Shown here: positions 1-9,397 of the stretch, piece after piece
How the letters are laid out: each line of letters begins with the position of its first letter
How positions within the stretch are numbered: position 1 is the first letter of the stretch
Made by a program: the position numbers and the translations under genes
The notes under the pieces: model-generated
Seen by the model: the letters and a program-made list of their open reading frames with translations, nothing else
Databases searched by the model: none
What the model was told of the DNA's origin: nothing
DNA from: a phage
Sequence record: PZ445442.1
DNA: 64,000 nt
Reading direction: 5' to 3' (one strand)

Positions 1-1
1 A

Positions 2-1435
2 ATCGTTGAAACTAAGCAAAGCCTGATCCGTGCTTTTGGCGAAAACTTCAACGTACAGAGTAACTCCGTTGCAGATAAGCTGACCACTATCTTCAACGAG
101 CGAGAGTATCAACTTATTCTTATGGCAGCATCTGTATACGCATCACAGACGCTGTACGGGGCAGAAGGTATTTACCTGGATGAGCTTCTTGGAAGACAGG
201 GTATTTACCGAAGAGGCCGTTCTAAATCATCAGGTACTTGCCAGTTGACAATCAACACAACTGTGCCGTACAATATGATTTATGATTCCAAAACTTATAC
301 GCTGGACAGTGGCAACTTTGTTCTTAGCAACGATGTGCAAGTAGCAGGGAATCTTATTGCTCACAGAATAAATGCTCCAGACCTAAGGATTGGGAAATAC
401 AACTTCCAAATTACCAACCAGACAGATGGAAGTATCAAAACAAAAAGCCTGGTTTTAACAGATAAGTCTCTGGACTCTTCTGATTTGCCAAGCTTTTACG
501 GAGAGATTAAGCAATTCATTGTCGATAATACAACCCTGTTGAACGACGATTTGATTCAGATCGATATGTTGACAGGAACGTTGTGGATAGGGTACAATTC
601 GAATCTTGATCAAGTTGGACTTAACAGCAGGGTAGATTTCAGAGTATCCCCGATTGTAGGGGAAAGAACTATCACACTGGATGTTATCGCTAACGAGGCT
701 GGTGAGCTGTCAAGAGAGGCAGAAACCGTGACAACAATGTCACCTACTCCCAGTGGATTTATCAAGCTTACCAACCGAGAAAGATTCAATGAGGGCAGGG
801 ATGTTGAGAAAGACTCAGAGTATCGCTTAAGAGCTTCCAGCACAAAACAGTTAACATCGAAGGCTACCCGTCCTGCAATCCTTAGCGCTGTAAGCGAGGT
901 GAAAGGTGTTGAGAAAGTGAGAGTGTTTTCCAACAACACTGATAAAACTGATGCTAAAGGTATACCTCCTTACAAGTTCCAAGTGGTTGTGTTTGGTGGT
1001 GCAACGGAGGACATTTGCCAAGCACTTTACCAAACTATAGCCTGTACGAACAGGACTTATGGTAATATTTTCTACGATGTCACTACATCTGACGGTCAAA
1101 CTGAAAGAATTTATTACTCCAAGGCAAATACCTACCGCTTGGATGTGAGAATTACCTACTCCGGTGCTGCGCTTTCCACAACCGAAAAAGATGCCATTGT
1201 AGAGGCTCTTTTGCAGGTTGTTAACGGACTGGATGTTGCAGATACGTTATACAATATCCAATTGGTCGGTGCTGCATCCGCTGCTGTGTCAATAGGCAGA
1301 TTTAATAGACTGGTAATTCAAGTTAAATCCGTAGGAGCTTCTGATGAAGCTTACACTACAAACGATATTGTTGCGAACATGACCGAGGTGTTTGACCTCG
1401 ACGAAAGTAATATAACTTTCCAACAAACTATTTAA
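2..1435 (+). CDS. virion structural protein, 5'-partial (ORF open to window start)
   Basis: Frame of the 122..1435 ORF stays open back to position 2 with no stop; sits in the late module upstream of the tail fibre genes. Confidence 0.55.
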   Translation: MVETKQSLIRAFGENFNVQSNSVADKLTTIFNEREYQLILMAASVYASQTLYGAEGIYLDELLGRQGIYRRGRSKSSGTCQLTINTTVPYNMIYDSKTYTLDSGNFVLSNDVQVAGNLIAHRINAPDLRIGKYNFQITNQTDGSIKTKSLVLTDKSLDSSDLPSFYGEIKQFIVDNTTLLNDDLIQIDMLTGTLWIGYNSNLDQVGLNSRVDFRVSPIVGERTITLDVIANEAGELSREAETVTTMSPTPSGFIKLTNRERFNEGRDVEKDSEYRLRASSTKQLTSKATRPAILSAVSEVKGVEKVRVFSNNTDKTDAKGIPPYKFQVVVFGGATEDICQALYQTIACTNRTYGNIFYDVTTSDGQTERIYYSKANTYRLDVRITYSGAALSTTEKDAIVEALLQVVNGLDVADTLYNIQLVGAASAAVSIGRFNRLVIQVKSVGASDEAYTTNDIVANMTEVFDLDESNITFQQTI

Positions 1436-1446
1436 GGCGGCGAGAT

Positions 1447-2133
1447 ATGGCAGAGATTAAGTCGGATGTTAACCACATCCACACTCTGCCAGATTTTGTT
1501 CAGGGAGGTCTTGACTACCTACCTGGAGATTTTCTGGCTGAGAAGGTTAATTTAGTCACATTCTTAACCGTATACCTTAAAAGGTTGGAGGATGTTGATA
1601 AGATGCTGGTAGGTTTGGCTGAAGGAAGATTGCTTAACAATGCCAGCGGAAGATACCTCGACGAAGTTGGTAATCAACTTGGTATTCTTAGGAATGGACT
1701 TTCAGATGCTGATTTTCGTGCCACACTAATTATTCAGCAGGCCGCAGCATCAAGGGGCGGGACTCGCGAAGATGTCATCTCCACCTTGCGACAATTGTTC
1801 GGAAGAGACAATTTCGATACGTGGAAAGGAGACAACTTCAGGTTTGACATAAATATTAGAAAAACTTGCTTTGACATATTGCAGTCTATCGATCAGATCT
1901 TAGATATGCTACCATTGCCTTGTCATTTGCGTCTTACAGAATCGCAAGGGCAAGCTTTTGGTTTTGAAGGAGACTCTACAGCTCTTGGCTTCGGATCAGT
2001 GTGGGAAGAAAACCAATTCGGAGTTGGTGGGCTGGCTACTTTGCTATATGTTCCTGACGTAAGACCTGATTGGGACACCACAACCATTTATTGTGAAAGT
2101 ATTACAGTAAACGCAACTAGACAGGAGGGTTAA
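1447..2133 (+). CDS. hypothetical structural protein (baseplate/tail module)
   Basis: 228-aa ORF tightly packed in the late operon, ATGA overlap with next gene. Confidence 0.5.
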   Translation: MAEIKSDVNHIHTLPDFVQGGLDYLPGDFLAEKVNLVTFLTVYLKRLEDVDKMLVGLAEGRLLNNASGRYLDEVGNQLGILRNGLSDADFRATLIIQQAAASRGGTREDVISTLRQLFGRDNFDTWKGDNFRFDINIRKTCFDILQSIDQILDMLPLPCHLRLTESQGQAFGFEGDSTALGFGSVWEENQFGVGGLATLLYVPDVRPDWDTTTIYCESITVNATRQEG

Positions 2134-4205
2134 TGGCAACAGCTGTTTTTAAACCTTACCGTGATTACTCTACAATGGCTGCACAGTTTCATTACCGAAC
2201 AGTTCAGGATACTGCCGTTCCTGGTAGAGATTATAATCATGTTGAGGGCGATGTAACTATCCCAATTGGGGCAACCAGTATTGAGATCCCAGTGGAAATT
2301 GTTGACAAATTACCCAACAGGTTACCAAGAAGCTTCTTTATGGAGTTTTCATCAAAATCTCAAGGGGTGATGATTGGGACACAAAGGGCGAAATGTACAA
2401 TAGTTTCAGATGAGAATCTTGACAGGATATCTTGGGATACTGTCGAGGAGAGAATGTTTCACCCAAGATATTGGGTTACAACTACTCAGCAGACTGAAAG
2501 TACTTGTATTGTTGCAGATAATAACTGTTGTATTAACCGTTTAGTGTCAAGAACATATGGAGGTATGGCTGGATGCATTTGGGAAACAGTTGACAAGTAT
2601 GACCATTTCGGTATTGGGTTTGATGATCACTATGAGATGAGAAACACCAAGCTTTGGTTCAGAATGTCAATAACCAACGCCAGCAACTTCTCCACTCCTG
2701 AAAAGATGATTATGACTGTAGACCTTGTTGATGGCACAATCATCTATGTTCCTTTAGCTCAATATGCTGTCAGCATCTCAGAGGATAAGAATGTTGCAGA
2801 AATTCATATTGATTTTGAGGACTGCGTCGGGATGGACCAGAACAACAACATGATGGGTGTTGATCCTCGGCAGGTGAGAAGGATTTTAATACCGCTCATG
2901 CCTAAAGACTGGGTAAGTAATAGCACAGACCCGAGAACGGAAAATGTAGAGTGTGAGTTGCGCCTAGATTTGCTTCAGCCAGACACAGGCTGGAAAATGA
3001 TGCAACTTAACAATATTCAGGTGAGAGAGCACGACGTTGGGATCTGCACCGCATATGACGATATGTGGAACGTATCTCCTTTAAGGGTGTTGAACAATAT
3101 CAAGCGTCTGGGCTATACCGGAACCATAAACCATTATGTTGGTATGAGTCATTATTATGACTACACATGGTCAGGAACCCAATGGTCTATAAACAGAACA
3201 GGAGCGCTAAACGCTGCAGCTTATAAATGGCATGATGATTTTATGTACAATGCCAAACGACATAACTTCGACGTTATGCAATCTGTAAGTTTTGAGCTTT
3301 TCAGCGATGCCTGCCCGTTGGAATGGACCCAAAGAGACTGGAACGATAACTACGCTAAAACAGGGTATACACCTTGTAGCTACCTCCTGTCTCCAACCAT
3401 TGAAGAGGGTATGAATTTCCTTACTGCAGTATTTAAGAATTTTGCATCAGCCGCTATGAGAAACAACCTGCCAGTGATTATGCAGGTTGGTGAACCGTGG
3501 TGGTGGTACAATACCGATACTCGTAAACCTTGTATTTATGATTACCCTACAAAACAGGCGTTTTATGATGAGACAGGCGAGTATGCATTAGATATTGGGA
3601 CTATTGACGATCCTAAAACTGGCGGTGTTTACGACAAGTATGTAGCATTTTGTCGTGGTAAGCTTGGCGCTCGTATTGCGGCTATTTCAAAGGCAATAAA
3701 GGCACACGCTGCATCAGCTCAGATGACAGCTTTGCTATTTTTCCCAACTATTATGGAAACCGAGCTTACGCAAAAGCTGAACCTTGCTGACCAATATAAA
3801 AAGGAAGCCGGAGCTCTTGATTTCTTCTGCACTGAGTGCTACGATTGGGTGATGCAGGGAGGTATTGAAAAGGCAAAAGAGTCTGTAAACATACCTATCG
3901 TTAAGTTAGGTTGGCAACCGTCTGAAATACAATACCTTGCAGGGTTCGTTCCTAGTAAAGAGCTTGCTCCGGTATATGGCTACGACCCAACTAGGAATTA
4001 CCAAGAATTTTTATGGAGATGTATTTGCGGAAACATGGCAACTATAGAGTATAGATACCCTGAGGTAAAACAGTATGTGTGGGCATACCCGCAAGTAATG
4101 TCTGACAGCATCACTGTTACCGCTAGAGATTCTACCGTGCTTCATATGGGGCAGGTTGCTCTGAAAGGGTATGTAGAAGATGTTGTCCCGCCAGACTTCT
4201 CATAA
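2133..4205 (+). CDS. hypothetical large structural protein (baseplate/tail)
   Basis: 690-aa ORF, translationally coupled to upstream gene, immediately upstream of tail fibre. Confidence 0.5.
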   Translation: MATAVFKPYRDYSTMAAQFHYRTVQDTAVPGRDYNHVEGDVTIPIGATSIEIPVEIVDKLPNRLPRSFFMEFSSKSQGVMIGTQRAKCTIVSDENLDRISWDTVEERMFHPRYWVTTTQQTESTCIVADNNCCINRLVSRTYGGMAGCIWETVDKYDHFGIGFDDHYEMRNTKLWFRMSITNASNFSTPEKMIMTVDLVDGTIIYVPLAQYAVSISEDKNVAEIHIDFEDCVGMDQNNNMMGVDPRQVRRILIPLMPKDWVSNSTDPRTENVECELRLDLLQPDTGWKMMQLNNIQVREHDVGICTAYDDMWNVSPLRVLNNIKRLGYTGTINHYVGMSHYYDYTWSGTQWSINRTGALNAAAYKWHDDFMYNAKRHNFDVMQSVSFELFSDACPLEWTQRDWNDNYAKTGYTPCSYLLSPTIEEGMNFLTAVFKNFASAAMRNNLPVIMQVGEPWWWYNTDTRKPCIYDYPTKQAFYDETGEYALDIGTIDDPKTGGVYDKYVAFCRGKLGARIAAISKAIKAHAASAQMTALLFFPTIMETELTQKLNLADQYKKEAGALDFFCTECYDWVMQGGIEKAKESVNIPIVKLGWQPSEIQYLAGFVPSKELAPVYGYDPTRNYQEFLWRCICGNMATIEYRYPEVKQYVWAYPQVMSDSITVTARDSTVLHMGQVALKGYVEDVVPPDFS

Positions 4206-4217
4206 TCAGGAGATAAA

Positions 4218-5258
4218 ATGTCAAAACCTAGTTTTCCATTAGAGATTTGGGCAGAGGAGGATCAGGTTCTGCCTAACACCCACAGACAGAACAGGCTACG
4301 CCCGATTGATGATTTGTGGAGAAAAGGTTGGGATCTTGGTCAAAAGCCCTCATGTGAAGAGCTTAACTATATTTTCAATATGCTCGGAACTTGGGCAAAA
4401 TACATTGCTGACGAGCAGATCCCCGCTCAAGAAGGCCGTTATCTGGTACGTGATAATAACTTGAGTGATCTTTTGAACATTCCTGTTGCCCGTAGAAACC
4501 TTGGGATTATTACTAAGGAAGAGGCAGACGACAGGTATGTAAAAGTTACAGGTGATACAATGACAGGCCCATTGGGTTTGCAACGTATCAACTTTAAAGC
4601 TGCCGAGACAGATAAGGCTTGGATAGAGACAACTGTTGGCCCGGATAAGACAACTCTCGACTTTGGGTTAAGTGATAATATTGGGTCGTTTGATGATGGT
4701 GGTACATCTACAGTAGATGCGTTTCGTTGGAGATTCCAGCCAACTCAGCCGGATATTAATCCAGAGTTCACTTTGATGTACCTTAACGCGATCACGGCTA
4801 ACCGTGCGCTGTTGAAAGTGGTAGGCAATGTTGAAGTTGTCGATAACATGAGGTGTAATAACCTTACTATCAGTAATACAGCAACATTCACCAACTGTAA
4901 TGTGGCTAGTCAGTTGACGGCTGGGTCAGTATATGTTAATGATGGTGCAAGTTGTGACAGTATGGTTGTAAGAAGCCAGCACTGTGTTGTCGGTAACAGA
5001 AATGTGGTGCGCTCCGTGAATGGAGTGACGGCTAACGGTAACGGTGATGTAACGATCACTATCCCTCAGACAGGTGTGCAAGACATCAGAATCGGTGCAA
5101 GACTTGTGGACGGCGTTTCTGAATCTCCAATCCGCAACGGCTACGTTGTCACAGGCTGGCATTTCGGTGACAAAAAAGAGATGCGTGGTTCAACCTACTG
5201 GGCAGGACCTTTACAAAAACTTGTAAATGGTCAATGGATCACTGTTAATTATGCATAG
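4218..5258 (+). CDS. tail fibre / receptor-binding protein, paralog 1
   Basis: 346 aa; N-terminus (PLEIWAEEDQVL..GWD) and C-terminus (LQKLVNGQWITVNYA) shared with 6270..7316; followed by Tfa-like chaperone; RBS AGGAGA. Confidence 0.6.
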   Translation: MSKPSFPLEIWAEEDQVLPNTHRQNRLRPIDDLWRKGWDLGQKPSCEELNYIFNMLGTWAKYIADEQIPAQEGRYLVRDNNLSDLLNIPVARRNLGIITKEEADDRYVKVTGDTMTGPLGLQRINFKAAETDKAWIETTVGPDKTTLDFGLSDNIGSFDDGGTSTVDAFRWRFQPTQPDINPEFTLMYLNAITANRALLKVVGNVEVVDNMRCNNLTISNTATFTNCNVASQLTAGSVYVNDGASCDSMVVRSQHCVVGNRNVVRSVNGVTANGNGDVTITIPQTGVQDIRIGARLVDGVSESPIRNGYVVTGWHFGDKKEMRGSTYWAGPLQKLVNGQWITVNYA

Positions 5259-5272
5259 ATCGGAGGACTAGC

Positions 5273-5857
5273 ATGAAAATACTTCAAGAGTTTAAACTTT
5301 ACCAACCGGGATCTGGCGAATACCACGCCAACAAGGAAACCAAGGAGCTGACCCCTCAAGAGGTTGAGGATTACACCGCATACACTGGGTATTTTTTACG
5401 TAATGATGATGGCGATTGGTATGTGCAGTCACGAACATTACGACAAGAAAATCCGGGTTGTATCTTCCTACTTGTTGACGAGAAGGGAATTCTTAAGACA
5501 TCTACAGAAGAACCTGATGCCTTATGGCCTGCTCCAGGTCTTCGTGTGGTTATCGCCAAAAAAGAAGAGGTACCAGAAAACATTATGCTTCACCACGACG
5601 CTTTGCGTTTAGTTGGTGATGAATTTGTCACAGATAATGAATTCTTTGTTCAACAGGCAGAGGGTGTCATAGAGACAGAACTTGCTTGGGCTACTGCTAG
5701 AATTGGTGCCTATCAAGACATGATTGACCTTGAATATGATCTTACTGATGACCAGAAACGTAACATCAGAGATTTGAAAATGTACAGGGTAAAACTTCTT
5801 GAAATAGATACATCTAAAGCCCCTGACATTTTCTTCCCGGAGCGACCTACCCTCTAA
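5273..5857 (+). CDS. tail fibre assembly chaperone (Tfa-like)
   Basis: 194 aa; C-terminal LLEIDTSKAPDIFFPERP resembles the DTS.APDI.WP motif of phage tail fibre assembly proteins; directly downstream of fibre gene. Confidence 0.55.
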   Translation: MKILQEFKLYQPGSGEYHANKETKELTPQEVEDYTAYTGYFLRNDDGDWYVQSRTLRQENPGCIFLLVDEKGILKTSTEEPDALWPAPGLRVVIAKKEEVPENIMLHHDALRLVGDEFVTDNEFFVQQAEGVIETELAWATARIGAYQDMIDLEYDLTDDQKRNIRDLKMYRVKLLEIDTSKAPDIFFPERPTL

Positions 5858-5868
5858 GAGGAGGTGTT

Positions 5869-6183
5869 GTGGAGTTGGATTTGGCGGCATTGTACGGTAT
5901 CTGCATGGGTACCGTTGTCCCGATCTGTGTATGGGCTTTCAACCAGTGGCACACCAAATGGAAAGGCATTTCCAAGAGGTTGGATGAACTGGAGAAAGAC
6001 CTCATCTTAGTGAAAAACAGTATGGTTACAAAAGATAAACTTGATTCCGTTATCGAGACCCGGTTAAGCAAGCTAGAGGCCGATATTAACGACCTTAAGC
6101 AGGATGTCAGGACAGATGTCTCCGGTATCCGAGCTGATGTACAAAAGATTTTGCACATGCTCGTAGAGCATAGTAAAAGGTAA
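5869..6183 (+). CDS. hypothetical membrane-anchored coiled-coil protein
   Basis: 104 aa; N-terminal hydrophobic segment then charged coiled-coil-like region; RBS AGGAGG. Confidence 0.4.
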   Translation: MELDLAALYGICMGTVVPICVWAFNQWHTKWKGISKRLDELEKDLILVKNSMVTKDKLDSVIETRLSKLEADINDLKQDVRTDVSGIRADVQKILHMLVEHSKR

Positions 6184-6192
6184 ACAAAGGTC

Positions 6193-6225
6193 AGAACGGA
6201 AAGGACTCCGTTCTTGCATTTTGTT
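6193..6225 (+). terminator. Rho-independent terminator
   Basis: Perfect 8-bp stem AGAACGGA/TCCGTTCT followed by T-rich tract, just after stop of 5869..6183. Confidence 0.55.
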
Positions 6226-6269
6226 CTCTAAAGTGTTAAAATAGTCCTAAGGAATTTTCTCAGGAGAAC

Positions 6270-7316
6270 GTGATGACTAAACCAGTTATCCCTCTTGATA
6301 TTTGGGCCAATCAGGATGTTGTGCTTGAAAATACGGGAGAGTTGAATAAGTCTCAACCAAAAAAAGAAGATAGATTGAAAGGTTGGGATATGACACAAAG
6401 AATGGCATGTGAAGTTGTTAACTTTGAACTTCACATGCTTTCTGCGTGGTTAAAGCATCTAACAGAAGATGTTGTCCCAGGATGGGATAATAGATTCTTA
6501 AGGGTCACTAATAATCTAGCAGACGTTCCAGACAAAGCTGCTGCACGTCAAGTTCTCAATGTATACTCGCCTGAAGAAATGGACGATCTGTATGTTGACA
6601 AGTCTGGAGACATAATGACTCAGACTCAAACTTTAGGTCTTCAAAGAATCGAGTTTGCATCTGCGTCAACAGACAATGCGGCAATATATACCACCATAAC
6701 TCCAGACAAGACGACGATGGATTTCTGGATTATGGACAACATCGGTGGTGCTGACGGCACAGACCTTGATGATCCTTCCCACCAAATAGACGGGTTCCGT
6801 TGGAGATTTCAACCTTCTGGTGGGCAGCCTGTGTTTTCGGCTATGAAGCTCAATGCTATAACTGCCAATCGTGCAAGACTGGCCATCCAAGGAAATCTTG
6901 AATGCAACGATGCAAAAAGTTCCTCTGCAAATGCCAATGCGGTCACGATACCAAGAGCCACTGTTAATGGACAACAATCCTGCGGAAGCGCTCAAATAGG
7001 TGGAAGAGTTGATTGTAACGATGAAACCGTCAGGGGCCAATATGCAACAGTTGGTGGAAGAAACGTGGTCCGCAGGGTAAATGGTAACAGCGCAGACAGT
7101 AGCGGTAACCTTACTATCCCTATTCCTAGCAGAGGGGTTGATGATGTAAGGATAGCAAACCGTTTTAAAACCACCTACAGAGAGTCAAGAGTCTACCCTG
7201 GACATGTGATGTGCTCTGGCAACTACGCTTATAAACACCCTTATCAAGGTGATTACTGGACAGGTGCTATCCAAAAACTTGTAAATGGTCAATGGATCAC
7301 TATATCTTATGCTTAA
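6270..7316 (+). CDS. tail fibre / receptor-binding protein, paralog 2
   Basis: 348 aa; conserved N-terminus (PLDIWANQDVVL..GWD), central FRWRFQP block and C-terminus IQKLVNGQWITISYA shared with 4218..5258. Confidence 0.6.
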   Translation: MMTKPVIPLDIWANQDVVLENTGELNKSQPKKEDRLKGWDMTQRMACEVVNFELHMLSAWLKHLTEDVVPGWDNRFLRVTNNLADVPDKAAARQVLNVYSPEEMDDLYVDKSGDIMTQTQTLGLQRIEFASASTDNAAIYTTITPDKTTMDFWIMDNIGGADGTDLDDPSHQIDGFRWRFQPSGGQPVFSAMKLNAITANRARLAIQGNLECNDAKSSSANANAVTIPRATVNGQQSCGSAQIGGRVDCNDETVRGQYATVGGRNVVRRVNGNSADSSGNLTIPIPSRGVDDVRIANRFKTTYRESRVYPGHVMCSGNYAYKHPYQGDYWTGAIQKLVNGQWITISYA

Positions 7317-7327
7317 AAAGAGGGTAA

Positions 7328-7594
7328 ATGAAACTAACTCAGTTTTTATGGGGACTGGTTGCGGCATCTGATGACCCTACGAAAGTGTCCCAATCTAAGC
7401 TATGGTCGAACATAGGCATGGCGGTGATGACTGGGGTGTTTATTCATATGGGGTATAATGATACGCTTCCTGAATGGTATGCGTGGATATACGCGCCTTC
7501 AGTAGCTTGCCCCCAGCTTATTAGCAAATTCATCTCGCTCCGGTGGGGTTGCCAGCACCCTGACCACGTTAAAAACGAAGAGCAAAAAGCTTAA
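7328..7594 (+). CDS. hypothetical small membrane protein
   Basis: 88 aa with hydrophobic segments; RBS-like AGAGGG upstream. Confidence 0.35.
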   Translation: MKLTQFLWGLVAASDDPTKVSQSKLWSNIGMAVMTGVFIHMGYNDTLPEWYAWIYAPSVACPQLISKFISLRWGCQHPDHVKNEEQKA

Positions 7595-7603
7595 GGAGAA
7601 ATC

Positions 7604-9349
7604 ATGGCGCAAGACATGACAAGCTTTGAGCAGGCGGTAGATCAAGTAATTGTTGATTCTGAACGTTTGCACCTGATTGTCAACGGTAACGCTGTGGATG
7701 AAGTTGTCGTAGAGGATGGGACCACCATCCCTACGGTACGAAAAGCCATGCTTGACACCCTTTATTTTAAAACGCCACCGATCCCTTGGGCGTATGGTGC
7801 ATCCACAACAGTTTTTAACCAGCTGTACGAGTTTAAAGGGGACACAGGCCCTCAGTGGTGGTACGCTCCCGCAGCATCAAAATCTAACCCGGTTAGAATG
7901 CCAGCAGATCCTTCACAATCTCCAAACTGGAGATTATATACCGATTCTGCAGTAATGGCAAAATACTACGCAAAACTTAACAGTCCGAGGTTTGAAGGTG
8001 ACCCGCGAGTACCTACGCCTCCAATGGACGACAAATCAGAGTCTATAGCAAACACAGAGTTTGTTGTTGACTATGTGGATAGCATATTTGAAGCCATGGA
8101 GGGAATGAAAGTTACTGTAGGGTCTTTGGTGGTAAAAGGTCTTACAGAACTTGCTAACACCATAGTTGGTGGCACACTCACCTTACATGGGCCTGTTAAT
8201 GGAGCAGATTCTACTGCACGCTTCAGGAACCTAATCCTCACGGCAAATACTTCTACACTTACTTTTGCGTGGAGTGATCCTAAGCATGCAGACTGGAGAA
8301 GCACAGAGCTGCAACCTTATGAAGTGTCCACCCACAGGGTTATAGCTGACACTATAACTTCTGGGAAACCAGTGGCTAATAATAACGATGTGCATTTTGA
8401 TGGTCTAGGTAATAACTTTTTTGACTACGTGTACATTCGTGGTAATGCCATGAAGGCAGCAACCGAACCGACATTGCAGGTAGATGGGACCACCAGGGTT
8501 AAGAACCTTGAGGTGACAGGTACTGTTACAGGGATAACCTACTCTGTCGATGGCACCATGATCTACCCTAGCTATATTGAAAGCACGGGGGACGCATTAA
8601 TAAATGGTGATTTAGAAGTTGGCGGATCTGTAGTTATTCGAGGTACAGCCTCTATCCAAAACATAGCTCTGAATACCTTAAGAGTCAATGAACGTGCAAC
8701 TTTTGAAGGAGAAGGACTTACAGCCAACAAAGGTGTAATTACCGAGCTGACAACCACCACTTTAACTGCAACAACTGCAAACTCTGAAAACTGCAACGTT
8801 ACCAGAAACTTGCAGGTAAATGGAGATGTTAGTTTAAACGCAGCAGGTACGGGCACCACCTACCTTCACAACCTTGAAATATCCGGCACAGTGACTGGGT
8901 GGCTGCCAGACTTCTCTAATGTCAACTTTGTTTGTAATGGCATTAACTCCAGTGGTAAGATAACTACCTCTCAAGAAATTGAGGCGGGTAAAACCATTAC
9001 TGCCCCTACTTTCCACGCAGGAAAGGTAGATTTTGATTTAGAGGAGGTTGACGCGTCCAGTGGGACATGGACACCCAACGGGCAGGCCAGCATGTATGTT
9101 GTCCACGCGAAAGGGGATTTTACAATAGGACAATGGCCTGGTACATCAGCGGAAGATAAACCTTATCCATTTACTGCAGTTATCTATGTCATTCAGGATG
9201 CTGTAGGTCACAACGTGACTTTGCACGATAAGTATGCTATCCTGTCGGCAACACCTGTTATTAACAACAAGGCTAACAGTGTTACCCTGCTGCAATTAAC
9301 ATATTGTGGTGTTGGTGATATCGTAGACGTAGTAATTGCACAACGTTAA
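7604..9349 (+). CDS. tail fibre / tailspike-like protein
   Basis: 581 aa, Thr/Gly/Asn/Val-rich repetitive beta-type sequence typical of fibre shafts; RBS AAGGAGA. Confidence 0.5.
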   Translation: MAQDMTSFEQAVDQVIVDSERLHLIVNGNAVDEVVVEDGTTIPTVRKAMLDTLYFKTPPIPWAYGASTTVFNQLYEFKGDTGPQWWYAPAASKSNPVRMPADPSQSPNWRLYTDSAVMAKYYAKLNSPRFEGDPRVPTPPMDDKSESIANTEFVVDYVDSIFEAMEGMKVTVGSLVVKGLTELANTIVGGTLTLHGPVNGADSTARFRNLILTANTSTLTFAWSDPKHADWRSTELQPYEVSTHRVIADTITSGKPVANNNDVHFDGLGNNFFDYVYIRGNAMKAATEPTLQVDGTTRVKNLEVTGTVTGITYSVDGTMIYPSYIESTGDALINGDLEVGGSVVIRGTASIQNIALNTLRVNERATFEGEGLTANKGVITELTTTTLTATTANSENCNVTRNLQVNGDVSLNAAGTGTTYLHNLEISGTVTGWLPDFSNVNFVCNGINSSGKITTSQEIEAGKTITAPTFHAGKVDFDLEEVDASSGTWTPNGQASMYVVHAKGDFTIGQWPGTSAEDKPYPFTAVIYVIQDAVGHNVTLHDKYAILSATPVINNKANSVTLLQLTYCGVGDIVDVVIAQR

Positions 9350-9356
9350 TATATCT

Positions 9357-9385
9357 AACCGCTCCTGACGGGGCGGTTTTCTTAT
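9357..9385 (+). terminator. Rho-independent terminator
   Basis: GC stem (AACCGCTCC..GGGGCGGTT) followed by TTTTCTT after stop of 7604..9349. Confidence 0.5.
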
Positions 9386-9397
9386 CTGGAGAACACA

